DNA of 63,761 nucleotides, the filler included, from Octopus bimaculoides (taxonomy: Eukaryota): the NCBI RefSeq assembly GCF_001194135.2. It is 5 parts of 5 records of this genome, joined end to end, with 100 filler letters (N's around TTAATTAATTAA, not from the genome) between each part and the next. Parts side by side here need not be neighbours in the genome. Positions count along the whole stretch, not along the records: positions 13,614 to 27,691 come from NW_026308815.1; 4 more parts are not named here. One strand, 5' to 3'. This document shows positions 14,698 to 25,695 of this stretch, in pieces. The stretch's first letter is position 1. Each line of letters begins with the position of its first letter. The position numbers and the translations under genes are program-made. The notes below the pieces were generated by a model. The model was not told the DNA's origin, searched no databases, and saw only the letters and a program-made list of their open reading frames with translations.

Positions 14698-15408
14698 ACG
14701 TTATATACGGAAGGAGGAATATGTCTAAATATCTATCTATCTACCTTTTGTATCTCTCTTCCTCTCTCTCTCTCTCTCTAAAATATATGTGTGTGTTTGT
14801 GTGTGTGTGTGTGTGTTGTATGTGTGCACGCGTGTGTGTAATTACATTTATATATACATATATAAATGCATACATTACACATAGATATATAAAAATAGGA
14901 ATATATCTACATGTACATATACATACGTATATATGTGTGTGTGTGTATGTGTGTCTGTGTATATACCTATATATATATATATATATATTTATATAAAGGG
15001 CATTATTACAGAAAATAATAACGCCACACAGTGGATTTCTCAAAATAACCACATTTAGTACCTAATGCGAGGAAAAAAACCAACAGAAGACGACCAACTT
15101 TCTTTTAAATAAACTTAACTGTGTATCGGCCGATTTCGCGATTACTAGAATGAATCTAGATTTCGTTCATCAGCACAGTATTGTCCCAAAAATATATGTA
15201 AATAAACAGAATTCTCACCTCACCAAAAACGAACACACTACGTATCCGACAGAGTAAAGGGAATGAAGTTTATCTGTATATATCTTCATCAAAGAAGCGA
15301 GAATACTTCCAGGTTGCTTCTGGGNNNNNNNNNNNNNNNNNNNNNNNNNNNNNNNNNNNNAGGAATAAAAATTCAACATTGAATATATTCCGTGTATATA
15401 ATTGATAA

Positions 15409-15522
15409 ATAAATTCAAAAAGGGATAAAAGTCTTTTACAAGAATTTTATTTCCCTTATGAATTTTTTTTACACACTGGCTCCTTGATAAAATTCTTGTA
15501 AAAGAGTTTTATCCCTTTTTGA

Positions 15523-15528
<6 letters not shown>
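15409..15528. repeat. 42-bp inverted repeat (41/42 match) with 36-bp spacer
   Basis: Arms at 15409-15450 and 15487-15528, checked base by base. Confidence 0.9.
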
Positions 15529-15556
<28 letters not shown>

Positions 15557-16214
15557 GTATAGAGACTGAGATGCATTATATACACGAATATGTTTGTTTA
15601 TACAAAAGTCTGTATAGGAGTTTATACATACATACATACATAAGCAGGCCCGTCACCAGACTTTAGTGCCTGGGGGTGCTTCAGAATGTTCTGTGTTGGC
15701 ACCAATTTGTAATAATGCTGAAGTGAGGTTTCGAAATAACAGTATCACTGTAAATCTGAAGGTGCACCAGTGAATAATAAGAGGAAGTGCCGTCCAGTGC
15801 AACCCCTTAGCGGCACGCATGGGATGTATGTAGAGAGAGAGAGAGAAAGAGAGAAAGAGAGAGAGAGAAAGAGAGAGAGAGAAAGAGAGAGAGAGAGAAA
15901 GAAAGAGAGAGAGAGAAAGAAAGAGAGAGAGAAACAGACAGACAGAGAGGGTGGAGATATGCATACATGTTATCATCATCATAATCATCGCTGAAATTAT
16001 TAATTGCCCGTGGCCGGTGGATCCTTGTGACGGCCAGTCAGTCTGATGACGCAGTTCATGTTTAAATCGAATGCCTTTACATCTCAAGGCGTGTACAAAA
16101 TGGAGACGTGCATTAGATAATGTCTTCCTTCAAGATGTGTCCCTAAATTATTGATGGTCACAGCTAGAATGCCGCTAATCTTAGATCTGTTTTAATAAAG
16201 GCAGATCTAGTTGA

Positions 16215-16340
16215 TAGTTTTAAATTTTGGCGCAAGGTCGGCAATTTCGGGAGAGAGGATGAGTCGATTAAATCGACCCCAATACTCAACTGGTGGTTAT
16301 TTTATCGACCCCGAAAGGATGAATGCCAAAGTATGGACCC
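16215..16340 (-). mobile_element. SINE family C 3' portion, abutting another retroelement tail
   Basis: aaattttggcgcaaggtcggcaatttcggg...ttttatcgaccccgaaaggatgaa. Confidence 0.7.
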
Positions 16341-16530
16341 CCACCTGCAAGGTCATGTTTGGTCCATCTTGATATAAGATCACCATGTCGCACACATATG
16401 GTGGTGATGCATGTGCCTGGTGCACCTTTATCAGACGGGTAGTCATGATGGGTATAATGGACTTCGTATATTTGTACCCCAGTGTTACTTTGATGGCATG
16501 CACTGCCCTCTCATTCAATAATAATAATAA
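16341..16530 (+). mobile_element. 3' end of a non-LTR retroelement with (AAT)n tail (family E)
   Basis: Reverse complement of the copy at 26705-27040; ends cattcaataataataataac. Confidence 0.75.
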
Positions 16531-16592
16531 CAATAATAACGATAGGTTATTTACGTTTTAAATTCTATTATTTTATTATTTTCTTTTTCCAG

Positions 16593-17102
16593 ATGGAGAT
16601 TGCGTGTCACTAGCCATTAGACGTCGGTGTAGGAACGAACTGGGACCGAAATCTGCTCACACAGATTTGGTTCGCCGATGCGAGATCAGTTTTATACCAA
16701 CCGTTCAGCGAACGGTGTACCACGAGAGACGTTCCCATGCCAACAGCAAGGAAGCACAACTGTCCTGTTATACAGACATTCCAGGGTTTTCTACTTCCTG
16801 TCCACGTTTCCTCCCTGACAAGGAGACGTCCGGGTTAACGTGCGACCCGTTGAAAATCAATACGAAGCGATGCGACTTGACTACAAGTTTGGGTCAAAAA
16901 CGGCGTCACCTTACAACATCGCGCTGCCGACCCATGGAGATTTGTGACTGGGCGGTGCTGCTCTCGGGCGGATGGAACCGGTTTGCTTTGAAGATGGAAC
17001 ACAAGACCAACCTCCGCAATATCTACAATATGTTGCGTCGCAACGGTTTCCATTCCAGGAATATTGAGGTGTTTTATGCCAATGGCTCCCCGGATCTCAT
17101 AC
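16593..17102 (+). CDS. Internal exon of an uncharacterised protein: Cys-rich N-region plus N-terminal part of a legumain/peptidase C13-like (clan CD) domain
   Basis: Strong acceptor ttttctttttccag|, donor C|GTAAGT, 510 nt (170 codons), phase 1/1, no stops, non-repetitive. WAVLLSGGWN...H...NIYNMLRRNGFHSRNIEVFYANG aligns by eye with legumain WVVIVAGSNG...H...[22 protein letters not shown]. Confidence 0.88.
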
Positions 17103-17270
17103 GTAAGTTTTATTGTTGTTCTTATTGTCGTTATTGCTGTTCTTCTTCTTCTTCTCCTTCTCCTATCGGTGTGGTGGGGCACAAAGACAAAAATACATTA
17201 TATATGCGTGTGTGTTTGTGTGTGTGTGTGTGTGTGTGAATACATCCATCCATACACACATATATATACA

Positions 17271-18521
17271 CAGGAGTTGGTCAAAATAATAGAAACACCT
17301 AGCACCATAGCATCATAATTTCGAAATATCTATAAAACCGTCAAAAGCTTGTTTATTTTTCTGTTTTTGATTTATTATTAGTGTTGCTTAATATGTTTTG
17401 CTAAAATTGCTGTTTCTTTTCAGATATCATTAGAAAAAGGTAATTAAGATTAATTGAAATGACAGATTTATTGGACTATCAAAGAGATCAAATTGTTAGT
17501 GCTCGTATGGCAGGCGCTAGCATAACGAAAACAGCCGAAATGTTTGCTGTGTCAAGAAGTACTGTCTGGAAAGTAATGACNNNNNNNNNNNNNNNNNNNN
17601 NNNNNNNNNNNNNNNNNNNNNNNNNNNNNNNNNNNNNNNACCGTCGGAATCTTACGCGAATTGTTAGAAAGGATCACAAAAGTACAACTCCCAAGATTAC
17701 TGCAGAGTTTAATGACCACTGAGAGAACCCAGTTTCCACAAAAACTGTTCGCTGGGAACTGCACAAAGCCAGATTTCACGGGAGGGCTGCAATCAGAAAT
17801 CCACTATTTTCAAAAACAAACGTTGCGAAGCGTTTAGAGTGGAGTAAAAACCTACAGATTTGGTCCCTAGAGCAGTGGAAGAATGTTATTTTCTCGGACG
17901 AGTCATCCTTTACCTTATTTCCGACCACCGGCCGAGTATACGTGTGGTGACAGCCAAAAGAAGCATTTGATCCAGACTGCCTTCTTCCCGCTGTTAAACA
18001 TGAAGGAGGATCTGTAATGATCTGGGTTGGGAGAGCTTAGAAATCTGCCGGCTCAATTCTACCCTTCATGGTAGAATTAATAGTCAAGACTAAGCATTTT
18101 ATCTGATAAAATTCATCCTATGGTTGCGGAACTGTTTCCGGAGGGAAACACAGTCTTTCAGGATGATAATGCACCAATTCACACTGCTAAAGCTGTTATG
18201 AATGGCATGAGGAACATTCTAGTGAAGTTGAACATCTTATCTGGCTACCACAGTCCCCAGATCTCAATATTATTGAACATTTATGGTGCATTTTAGAAAA
18301 ACAAGTTAGGAGTCGATATCCTCCAACATCATCACTACAAGAACTGGAGACTGTTTTAGCTGAAGAAAGGACAAAAATTCCTTTGGAAACAATTCAAAAT
18401 TTGTACGAGTCCATACCTCATAGAATTCAAGCTGTAATTATTTCCAAAGTTGGTCCTACCCCATATTGAAATAAATTTGTTTGAAATTTTAAGGTTTTTC
18501 CATTATTTTGTCCAACCCCTG
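17271..18521 (+). mobile_element. Full-length (1251 bp) defective Tc1-family DNA transposon with DD36E-like spacing
   Basis: ~31-bp TIRs caggagttggtcaaaataatagaaacacct / aggtttttccattattttgtccaacccctg, TA after the right TIR. Transposase starts at 17459 (HTH) and has FSDES, FQDDNAPIH and SPDLNIIE motifs, with stops and frameshifts. Confidence 0.93.
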
Positions 18522-18638
18522 TAGATATTATATATACACACACACATATCATCAGTATATCATACATCTGAAATAGAAATACACTCTAAAGAACAGAGCG
18601 CAGTAATACATTTTATATGCAGTTCAGTCTCTGTCTGT

Positions 18639-18713
18639 TCATAGAGTGACCAGTGGTTTCGCATCCATAAAGCTAAGCGCTTTATGGATGTGAAACCATT
18701 GGTCATTCTATGA
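18639..18713 (+). other. 75-nt hairpin: 35-bp stem with three G-U pairs and 5-nt loop
   Basis: tcatagagtgaccagtggtttcgcatccataaagc-taagc-gctttatggatgtgaaaccattggtcattctatga. Confidence 0.85.
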
Positions 18714-18787
18714 CCGGACGTATACTTAACAACATATAAATATATATATTATTGATATTATTGATATCATTATTACCATTATTATTA

Positions 18788-18910
18788 TTACCTCCACCTT
18801 AGCGAAGGAGGAGGTATTGTTTGTTTGTTTGTTTGCTTGTTTGTCCGTGGATAAGATATCTCAAGAACCGCTGGATGGGTTCGGATGAAACACTCAGGAA
18901 TATTTTTTTA
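18788..18910 (+). mobile_element. DINE-1/HINE-like (Helentron-associated) non-autonomous element 5' part
   Basis: Short stem-loop acctccacctt-agcg-aaggaggaggt followed by (GTTT)n and a gatatctcaagaaccgctggatgg core, the usual DINE-1 architecture. Confidence 0.5.
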
Positions 18911-19061
18911 ATCATACCTAACACGCCCACTATGATAGGAATTGTTTGTTTTTAGACTTCACATTCGAATTACCTTCTTATTGTTGTTGTTGTTGTTGTT
19001 GTCTTTGCACAGCCTCTAATGCTGGAGATGTACTACGGTGTCAGCGGTTCACTACCAGTGA

Positions 19062-19807
19062 ACATTATCATTATTATTATTATTATTATTACTTTTCATC
19101 TGCATGCTTGTTACAGTCACTTGCCAAGACGCACCAACTGTCCTGGGGTGAGTGAAGGGTAAGAGATGATACAGTATGACTGAAAGCTTGGGGAGGGGAA
19201 GTAGCGAAATATCTTCATGTAATACAACACCGGCATTTAAATGGATAGAGTTTTTCTAAGGATATGGGCAGTACTTGTCAGTACATTCTTCTGGATTTCT
19301 CTGAGACATGGTTCTCCTGGGATATTATCTAGATGTTTCTGACATCCTTTTTTTAAATCATACCTAGGGCACCTACAATAACAGGAACAGTTCTTGCTTT
19401 AAGATGCCACATCTTTTGTATTTCAATTTCCAAGCCCTTATATTTACTTAGCTTGTCAAATTCCTTGACAGATATATTTTAACCAGTGAGAACACTTACT
19501 TCTACTAATGTACAAGTATTTTCTTCCCTGTCTTTAATGATTATGTCTGGTCGATTAGCCTGGATCGTTCTGTCAGTGTTGACTGGAAAATCCCAGAGGA
19601 TAGTGACATTTTTACTTTCAAAGACTGGCTCAGGATGATGCCCATACCAGTAAGCAGGAGTGTTGATTTTGTAGTGATTACATATTTTCCAGTGTAAGTA
19701 CTGTCCTACCCTATCGTGGCGATTTTTGTATTTGTTTGGTGCCAGCACAGGACATCTCGAGACGAGATGGTTTATTGTTTCGTCAAATGTGTCGCAGAAT
19801 CTGCTTT
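19062..19807 (-). mobile_element. 5'-truncated R4/Dong-like non-LTR retrotransposon (zinc finger + restriction-like endonuclease + 3'UTR)
   Basis: ETINHLVSRC...RHDRV...ILWDFPVNTDRTIQANRPDIIIKD...VEVS...TAHILRKTLSI* (stop at 19237-19239). (TAA)n arrays on both sides. Confidence 0.9.
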
Positions 19808-19818
19808 TATTATTATTA

Positions 19819-19854
<36 letters not shown>

Positions 19855-19994
19855 GTTTGACATTTGCTTTGCATTTGTACAAGTTTACTCCAAGTCTCAC
19901 CCAGAGACCTCAAGAGACAACAAGTTAGAAGTTCATGTTGGTGTTATGCCTAGGGTGCCATATATTTGGTTTTGTATAGTGTTGTTCTAGAGAA

Positions 19995-20256
19995 TGTTTA
20001 AGAAACCATGGTGACGTTATGCCTCCATTCATCTTCCCACACGGCCTCAGACTCAGCACGGAGGCCTACATCAAGTGCCTGGAGGAGGTAGTGCTGCCCT
20101 GGGTCAAGAAGATGGGTGCTGGAAGACCCTATGTCTGGCAACAGGACACTGCACCATGCTACACAAGCAGGAGAGCTCATCCTTTGAAAATGAGATGTTA
20201 GTGTTATTTTCGTTTTTGCATAATTTAAACGACAATTTATTCACTGCACCCTGTAT
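19995..20256 (+). mobile_element. Internally deleted mariner-like (maT/DD37D-type) transposon fragment with right TIR
   Basis: MPPFIFPHGLRL...VLPWVKK...RPYVWQQDTAPCYTSRR, then an abrupt jump to ttattcactgcaccctg|TA. Confidence 0.75.
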
Positions 20257-20844
20257 ATATACACGTATATGTATACATATATTGTATATTGGTGTATACA
20301 GTCGCTGGTCGTTAAATGAATAAAATAAAACCGAAAGTAAATTAATAATCGCCAATAAAAATCAGTCATAAAATGAAATACCACGGAATATCTATAGATA
20401 GATCGATAGACAGACATAGATAGCGAGAGAGGGGGAGGGAGAGAAAGAGAGAGAGGGGAGAGGAAGAGAGAGAAGGAGAGAGGGGGAGATTTATAGATAT
20501 ATTTGTGTACATATGGAATTGGTTAAATGCAAGAGAGGACACTAAATGAACTGAACGCTCTTGTAATAATTGCGAAGGCGATTGTTACTAACGAGGAATT
20601 TGGCGCAAAGGAATTAACATTCTCCAAGATATTTCGCCATATAACTTCTGATATTGATTCTACAATTAAATTTCTTGTATTCCTTGTCAGATTAATTCAC
20701 AATTCTTAATTTACCGATGTTCGGTAATGAAGGAACAAGGTTTGTCAATCTCAAGAACATGAGTGTTTAGGAAAAGTTTGGTATTATTGTGCGTGCGCTT
20801 GTGTGTGTGTGTTTAAAAGTTCTCAGGAGTCTTGGTGTAAATTG

Positions 20845-20849
20845 ATGAC

Positions 20850-20880
<31 letters not shown>

Positions 20881-21100
20881 TCGATCACCATCATCATCGT
20901 CATCAACGCCATCATTATCATCCTCATCATCATCCTGATCCTCCTCGTCATCATCATTGCTATCATCAGCATCACTCAACACCACTACTACCGCCGCCAC
21001 CTCCACCATCATCCCCATCATCATCATCATCATCACCACATTACCACCACCACCGCCACCACAACCGTCATCCTCCTCCTCGTCATCATCAATTTTTCTT
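20845..21100. repeat. Compound trinucleotide array (GAT/CAT/CAC)n
   Basis: Direct reading. Confidence 0.9.
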
Positions 21101-21389
21101 CACATTTCTTTATAAATGACAATTGAAATATAGAATAAATAATTATTTAACTGTTATTTCTAGCATATCAGGTAACCTTGCAAAAGAGTCTCTGTAATGT
21201 TGTTGTTGTTGATGTTGTTGTTGCTGTTTCTGTGATCAGTCTAAATGGAATTCGGCCTTAAATGTCAGCTGTTGCGTATAAATGCCAGGCTATAAAACAA
21301 AATGGACGGCTCGAATACATCGCGTTACTTTCGTACATTACCTTTTACCGTTTTCCTGATAAACATGGTATACAACACCACCATCGACA

Positions 21390-21780
21390 CCTGTAACAAC
21401 AACGACAATAATTACAACAATACTGCCATCATCATCATCATCATCACCACCAATGTCATCATCATTACGATCGTCATCGTCAACATCATCACCACCATCT
21501 CTTCGTCATCATCATCATCGTCGTCGTCGTTGCCATCATCAATGTCGTCATCTTCATCATTATCTTTATCATCTTCATCATCATCGTCGTCGTCGTCATC
21601 ATCATCATCATCATCCTCGTCGTCCTCGGCGTCTTCGTCCTCGGCGTCGTTGTTTGCGTCGTCGTCCTTCTTCTTGTCACTACTTCCACCACCACCACCA
21701 CCACCACCACCACCTTCGCCACCGCTTACCACCACGACCATCATTCCACTATCACCACCATAATCAGCATCATCATTATT
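21390..21780. repeat. Compound trinucleotide array (CAT/CGT/CAC)n
   Basis: Direct reading. Confidence 0.9.
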
Positions 21781-22156
21781 GGTGTATGACAGCCCAATTT
21801 TCTTTGTTTTCTCTTATTTATTCATATTTTCCTCTCTGCAATACATATCTATAAATAGTACTATAAGGCAGCACTATAAGATACTACTACGGGACAGTAC
21901 TGTATGATCGTACAATAATACGGTACTTTTCGGAAGTACTAAGGCTGCTATTTTTTTGTTTTTAGCTTTTTATTTTTTGCTTTTTGTTTTTTAGTTGTTG
22001 TTCGACGGTGTGACAGAGGAAACTGTAACTTAACAACCTCTACTATTCCTGGGTTGTTTCCAGAAGAGCCAGGAAGGAAAGACTAATCAAAGTGTTTGTA
22101 GCATCCATGGAGCTGCAGGGGGTGTGCTAGATACTGCTTGAGTATAACCATACAGT

Positions 22157-22480
22157 GAAGGCGCATGGCTCAGTGGTTAGCGCGTCGGGCTCACAATCAT
22201 GAGGTATAAGTCAGTGTCGAGGCAGCATGGCCCAGTGGTTAGGTGTGTTGCTCGCAAGATCGCGGTTTCAGTTCCTGAACCGGATGCTACAGCGCGTTGT
22301 GTTCTTGAGCAAATCTCTTTATTCCACGTTGCTTTGTGATCACTTCGACACCTGATACATGATACACCTTGCACCTGTTTAGGTAACCTCGATTTGATGG
22401 GAGGTGTGACCTAATGTGCAGTACGAACATTTGATCACTTCCATACATATCATTTGTACCAGGTTTTTCAGTACGAAATT
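22157..22480 (+). mobile_element. tRNA-derived SINE (family A type) with a duplicated or nested tRNA head
   Basis: Two successive A-box heads (gcgcatggctcagtggttag; gcagcatggcccagtggttag), then a gttgtgttcttgagcaa core. Confidence 0.7.
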
Positions 22481-22734
22481 GCAGAACCATCTTTCTCGGA
22501 CTACGAGAGATTAACATCATAAGACAAATAGTAATACGATAAGACATTACCATTATTATAAAATGGAGGAATAAAATGTTAAGATCTATAAATGTTCCAA
22601 ATTATACATCGTCATGGTATAAACTGTTAAAAATCTTTGCGAGTGGGTGGTCTTATAATTTCATTCCCGTCGACAAATACATAACTACACGCAGCCATTT
22701 TTCCAATATACATCCATCCATATATCCATATACA

Positions 22735-22767
<33 letters not shown>

Positions 22768-22937
22768 AGATGTGTGTGGGAGTGGGGGTATGTGTATTTA
22801 TACGTACCTACGTGTCGTGGCCACAAACTTGTAATCCGCGAGCTTTTAAGGATTAGAGAAGCTTAGGCGTCAATATCTTTACTGGAAAATTACTTGTAAA
22901 TGGTAGCGAGAGAAAAATAAAACCGAATTACATGTGC

Positions 22938-22991
<54 letters not shown>

Positions 22992-23749
22992 ATGTGTGTG
23001 TACGTACGTATATACAAACATACATACATTCAAGCATATATATATATATATATATAAAGATACCTATCTATCTCCATATATATATAATCATATTTATGTA
23101 TATGTATGTATAAACATGCATACTTGTATAATATGTGTGTGTGCGTGTGTTTGTATGTTTGTATGTATGTATATATGTGTACATTATGTATATATATATA
23201 TATGATTTATAAATGGAATATATATGTATGTATGTTTATGTCTATATGCCTATAGAAACGTGTAAGAGAGAAATAGAGTGTGTGAGAGACATACATATAC
23301 AAAGAGAATGTATATGTATATGTGTGTCTGTGTATGCACGTGTATGTGTATACGTGTACGTGTAATACGGAATGGTGTGGACGTATATAAGTATAAATAT
23401 GAAAAAAAAAAGGCTCACAAAACGCAAATGGAGAAATTTATATAAGAAATAAATAAATAAAAATATTAATATGTGAAAGATATGCAAATATAAGACCAGG
23501 CACTAAGAGATCCTGCATGTAGACACTGAGATTGCAAGACAGAGCAGCCAAATCTCGCTGCAATCACAACTCCGCGTCTCATAGAAATAAAGAAACATTA
23601 GAGAATGAAATGTCTTATATTGAACAATAAATGGTGAAGGTCACGGATAGAACGCTTTTGATCATAGTTCTCGATGAGGATTTGTTTTGTTTTTATTTTA
23701 CCTGGGGTTAAATAACTTCAAACACAAAAGATATTTATACATTCAAATA

Positions 23750-24290
23750 AGACACATGCGTCGTTATGCGGTTAAGACACTCGGTTTGCAGCCATGTGGT
23801 TCGGGTTCAGTTCCACTCTTCAGCACATTGAGTATCTTCTACTATAGCCATGGGCCGACCAATGCCGAATTGGATAGATGGAAGCTAAAAGTAGTGCATC
23901 ATATATGTGCATATTAGCGGATAGCTAGACATATATATTCTTTTACTTGTTTCAGTTATTTGATTACGGCCATGCTGGAGCACTGCCTTTAGTCGAGCAA
24001 ATCGACCCCCATGACTTATTCTTTGTAAGCCTAGTACTTATTCTCTCGGTTCATTTTGCTGAACCGCTGAGTTACGGGGACGTAAACACACCAACATCGG
24101 TTGTCAAGCGATGGGGGGAGAAGCACAGACACACAAACATGCATATATATATATATATATATATACACGCGGTGGGCTTCTTTTAGTTTCCGTCTACCAA
24201 ATCCACTCACAAGGCTTTGGTTCGCCCGAGGCCATAACATAAGACACTTGCCCAAGGTGCCACGCAGTGGATGGATCAAAACAGTTTGAT
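23750..24290. mobile_element. Two SINE family B copies in opposite orientation (23750-23880 +, 23940-24290 -)
   Basis: Head with B-box ggttcgggttcagttccact on plus; core tctaccaaatccactcacaaggctttgg on the reverse copy. Confidence 0.8.
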
Positions 24291-24429
24291 TCAAATTCGT
24301 TGATACCCGGAGTTTCAAGCTTAAAACTCGGAGTATTTCAATGAAACTGCTTTGATCCATACATGTAACTCCCAATAAATTTGTTGAGTGCCCTTCTTTC
24401 GTTTGTCCACTCACTTGTGTGTGTGTGTG

Positions 24430-24484
<55 letters not shown>

Positions 24485-24906
24485 TCATCTCGGACGAATC
24501 TCAACGCTGTAACATGAGTTCAAAAGAAATGGAAGTTGAGAGACGCGTCACTGAAGAGATTGGAACAATGCAATGAAATAATTATTTGACAAAAAAAAAA
24601 TGATAGCACTAACGATATCGACCATTTGAACGATGAACTGTTTGACCAAAGTGTTTAACATACGAGTTTGAAAAACTAGTAAAAAACGGCTGATCGATAA
24701 ATTGGTTACAGGAGTAACTAACCCATTAACTAACAATAAAGGACTGAACCAGTGCGTGTGTCTATTATTACTACCGGCATAATGCCCCTCCCAAGGTTCA
24801 ATAGTATTTCTTTCAACACACGAATTCACATCAAGAATCTTGCAAACCAAATACAAATACGAACTATATGTGTGTATGTGTGTGTATGTATTTATATGTA
24901 AACATG

Positions 24907-24952
<46 letters not shown>

Positions 24953-25036
24953 TGTATATGTGTGTGTGTGTATATATATATGTATATGTGTGTGTGTGTG
25001 TGTATATATATATGTATATATATATATATATATGTA

Positions 25037-25067
<31 letters not shown>

Positions 25068-25386
25068 ATACACACAGATGATGGATCTCTTTTAGTTTCC
25101 ATCTAGGACCAACGCCGTAACTTCCATGTACGCCATGGAAACTATCGGTGCATGCCCTGATTTGTCCATTTAAGTCCCCAGCCGAAATGATAAGGTTCAT
25201 TGTCATTTATCATCGATGTTGCCTGCAAAAGGGCCTTGTGAAGTCCGTTTTGTTCATCTCTTATTATCGATGGAGGTGCATAGGCGGAGGTGTTACAGAA
25301 AGGGTGAAGATAGCTGCTGAATAATAATAATAATAATAATGAGAAGATACCTGACTGATGCTCCTCTGCCTCTTACCTATTGTGTG

Positions 25387-25695
25387 AAGGCGCGTAGCTT
25401 AGTGGTTAGGGTACTCGGCTCACGATCGTGAGGTCATGAGTTCAATTCCCGGCGACGTGTTGTGGCCTTGTTCAAGACACTTTATTTCACGTTGCTCCAG
25501 TCCACTCAGCTGTAGTACCTGTATTTCAAAGGGTCAGGCTTGTCACACTGTGTCACGCTGAATCTCCCCCGAGAACTACGTTAAGGGTACACATATCTGT
25601 GGAGTGCTCAGTCACTTGCACGTTAATTTCACGAGCAGGCTGTTCCGTTGATCGTATCAACTGGGACCCTCGTCGTCGTTACCGACGGAGTCCTC
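25387..25695 (+). mobile_element. tRNA-derived SINE family A, near full length
   Basis: A-box tagcttagtgg, B-box gagttcaattcc, CORE/V-like core ttgtggccttgttcaagacacttt. Possible TSD cctcttacct(a/c)ttg. Confidence 0.85.

Noticed and set aside
20767-21854. Poly-Ser, poly-Asp and poly-His ORFs
   Set aside because: Open in several frames on both strands because of trinucleotide repeats; no convincing splice sites or non-repetitive coding sequence.
24548-24856. 102-aa minus-strand ORF
   Set aside because: No recognisable domain or splice context.
25387-25460. tRNA genes (also 22157, 51216, 41862)
   Set aside because: A/B boxes are present but continue into SINE bodies and cannot form a full cloverleaf.
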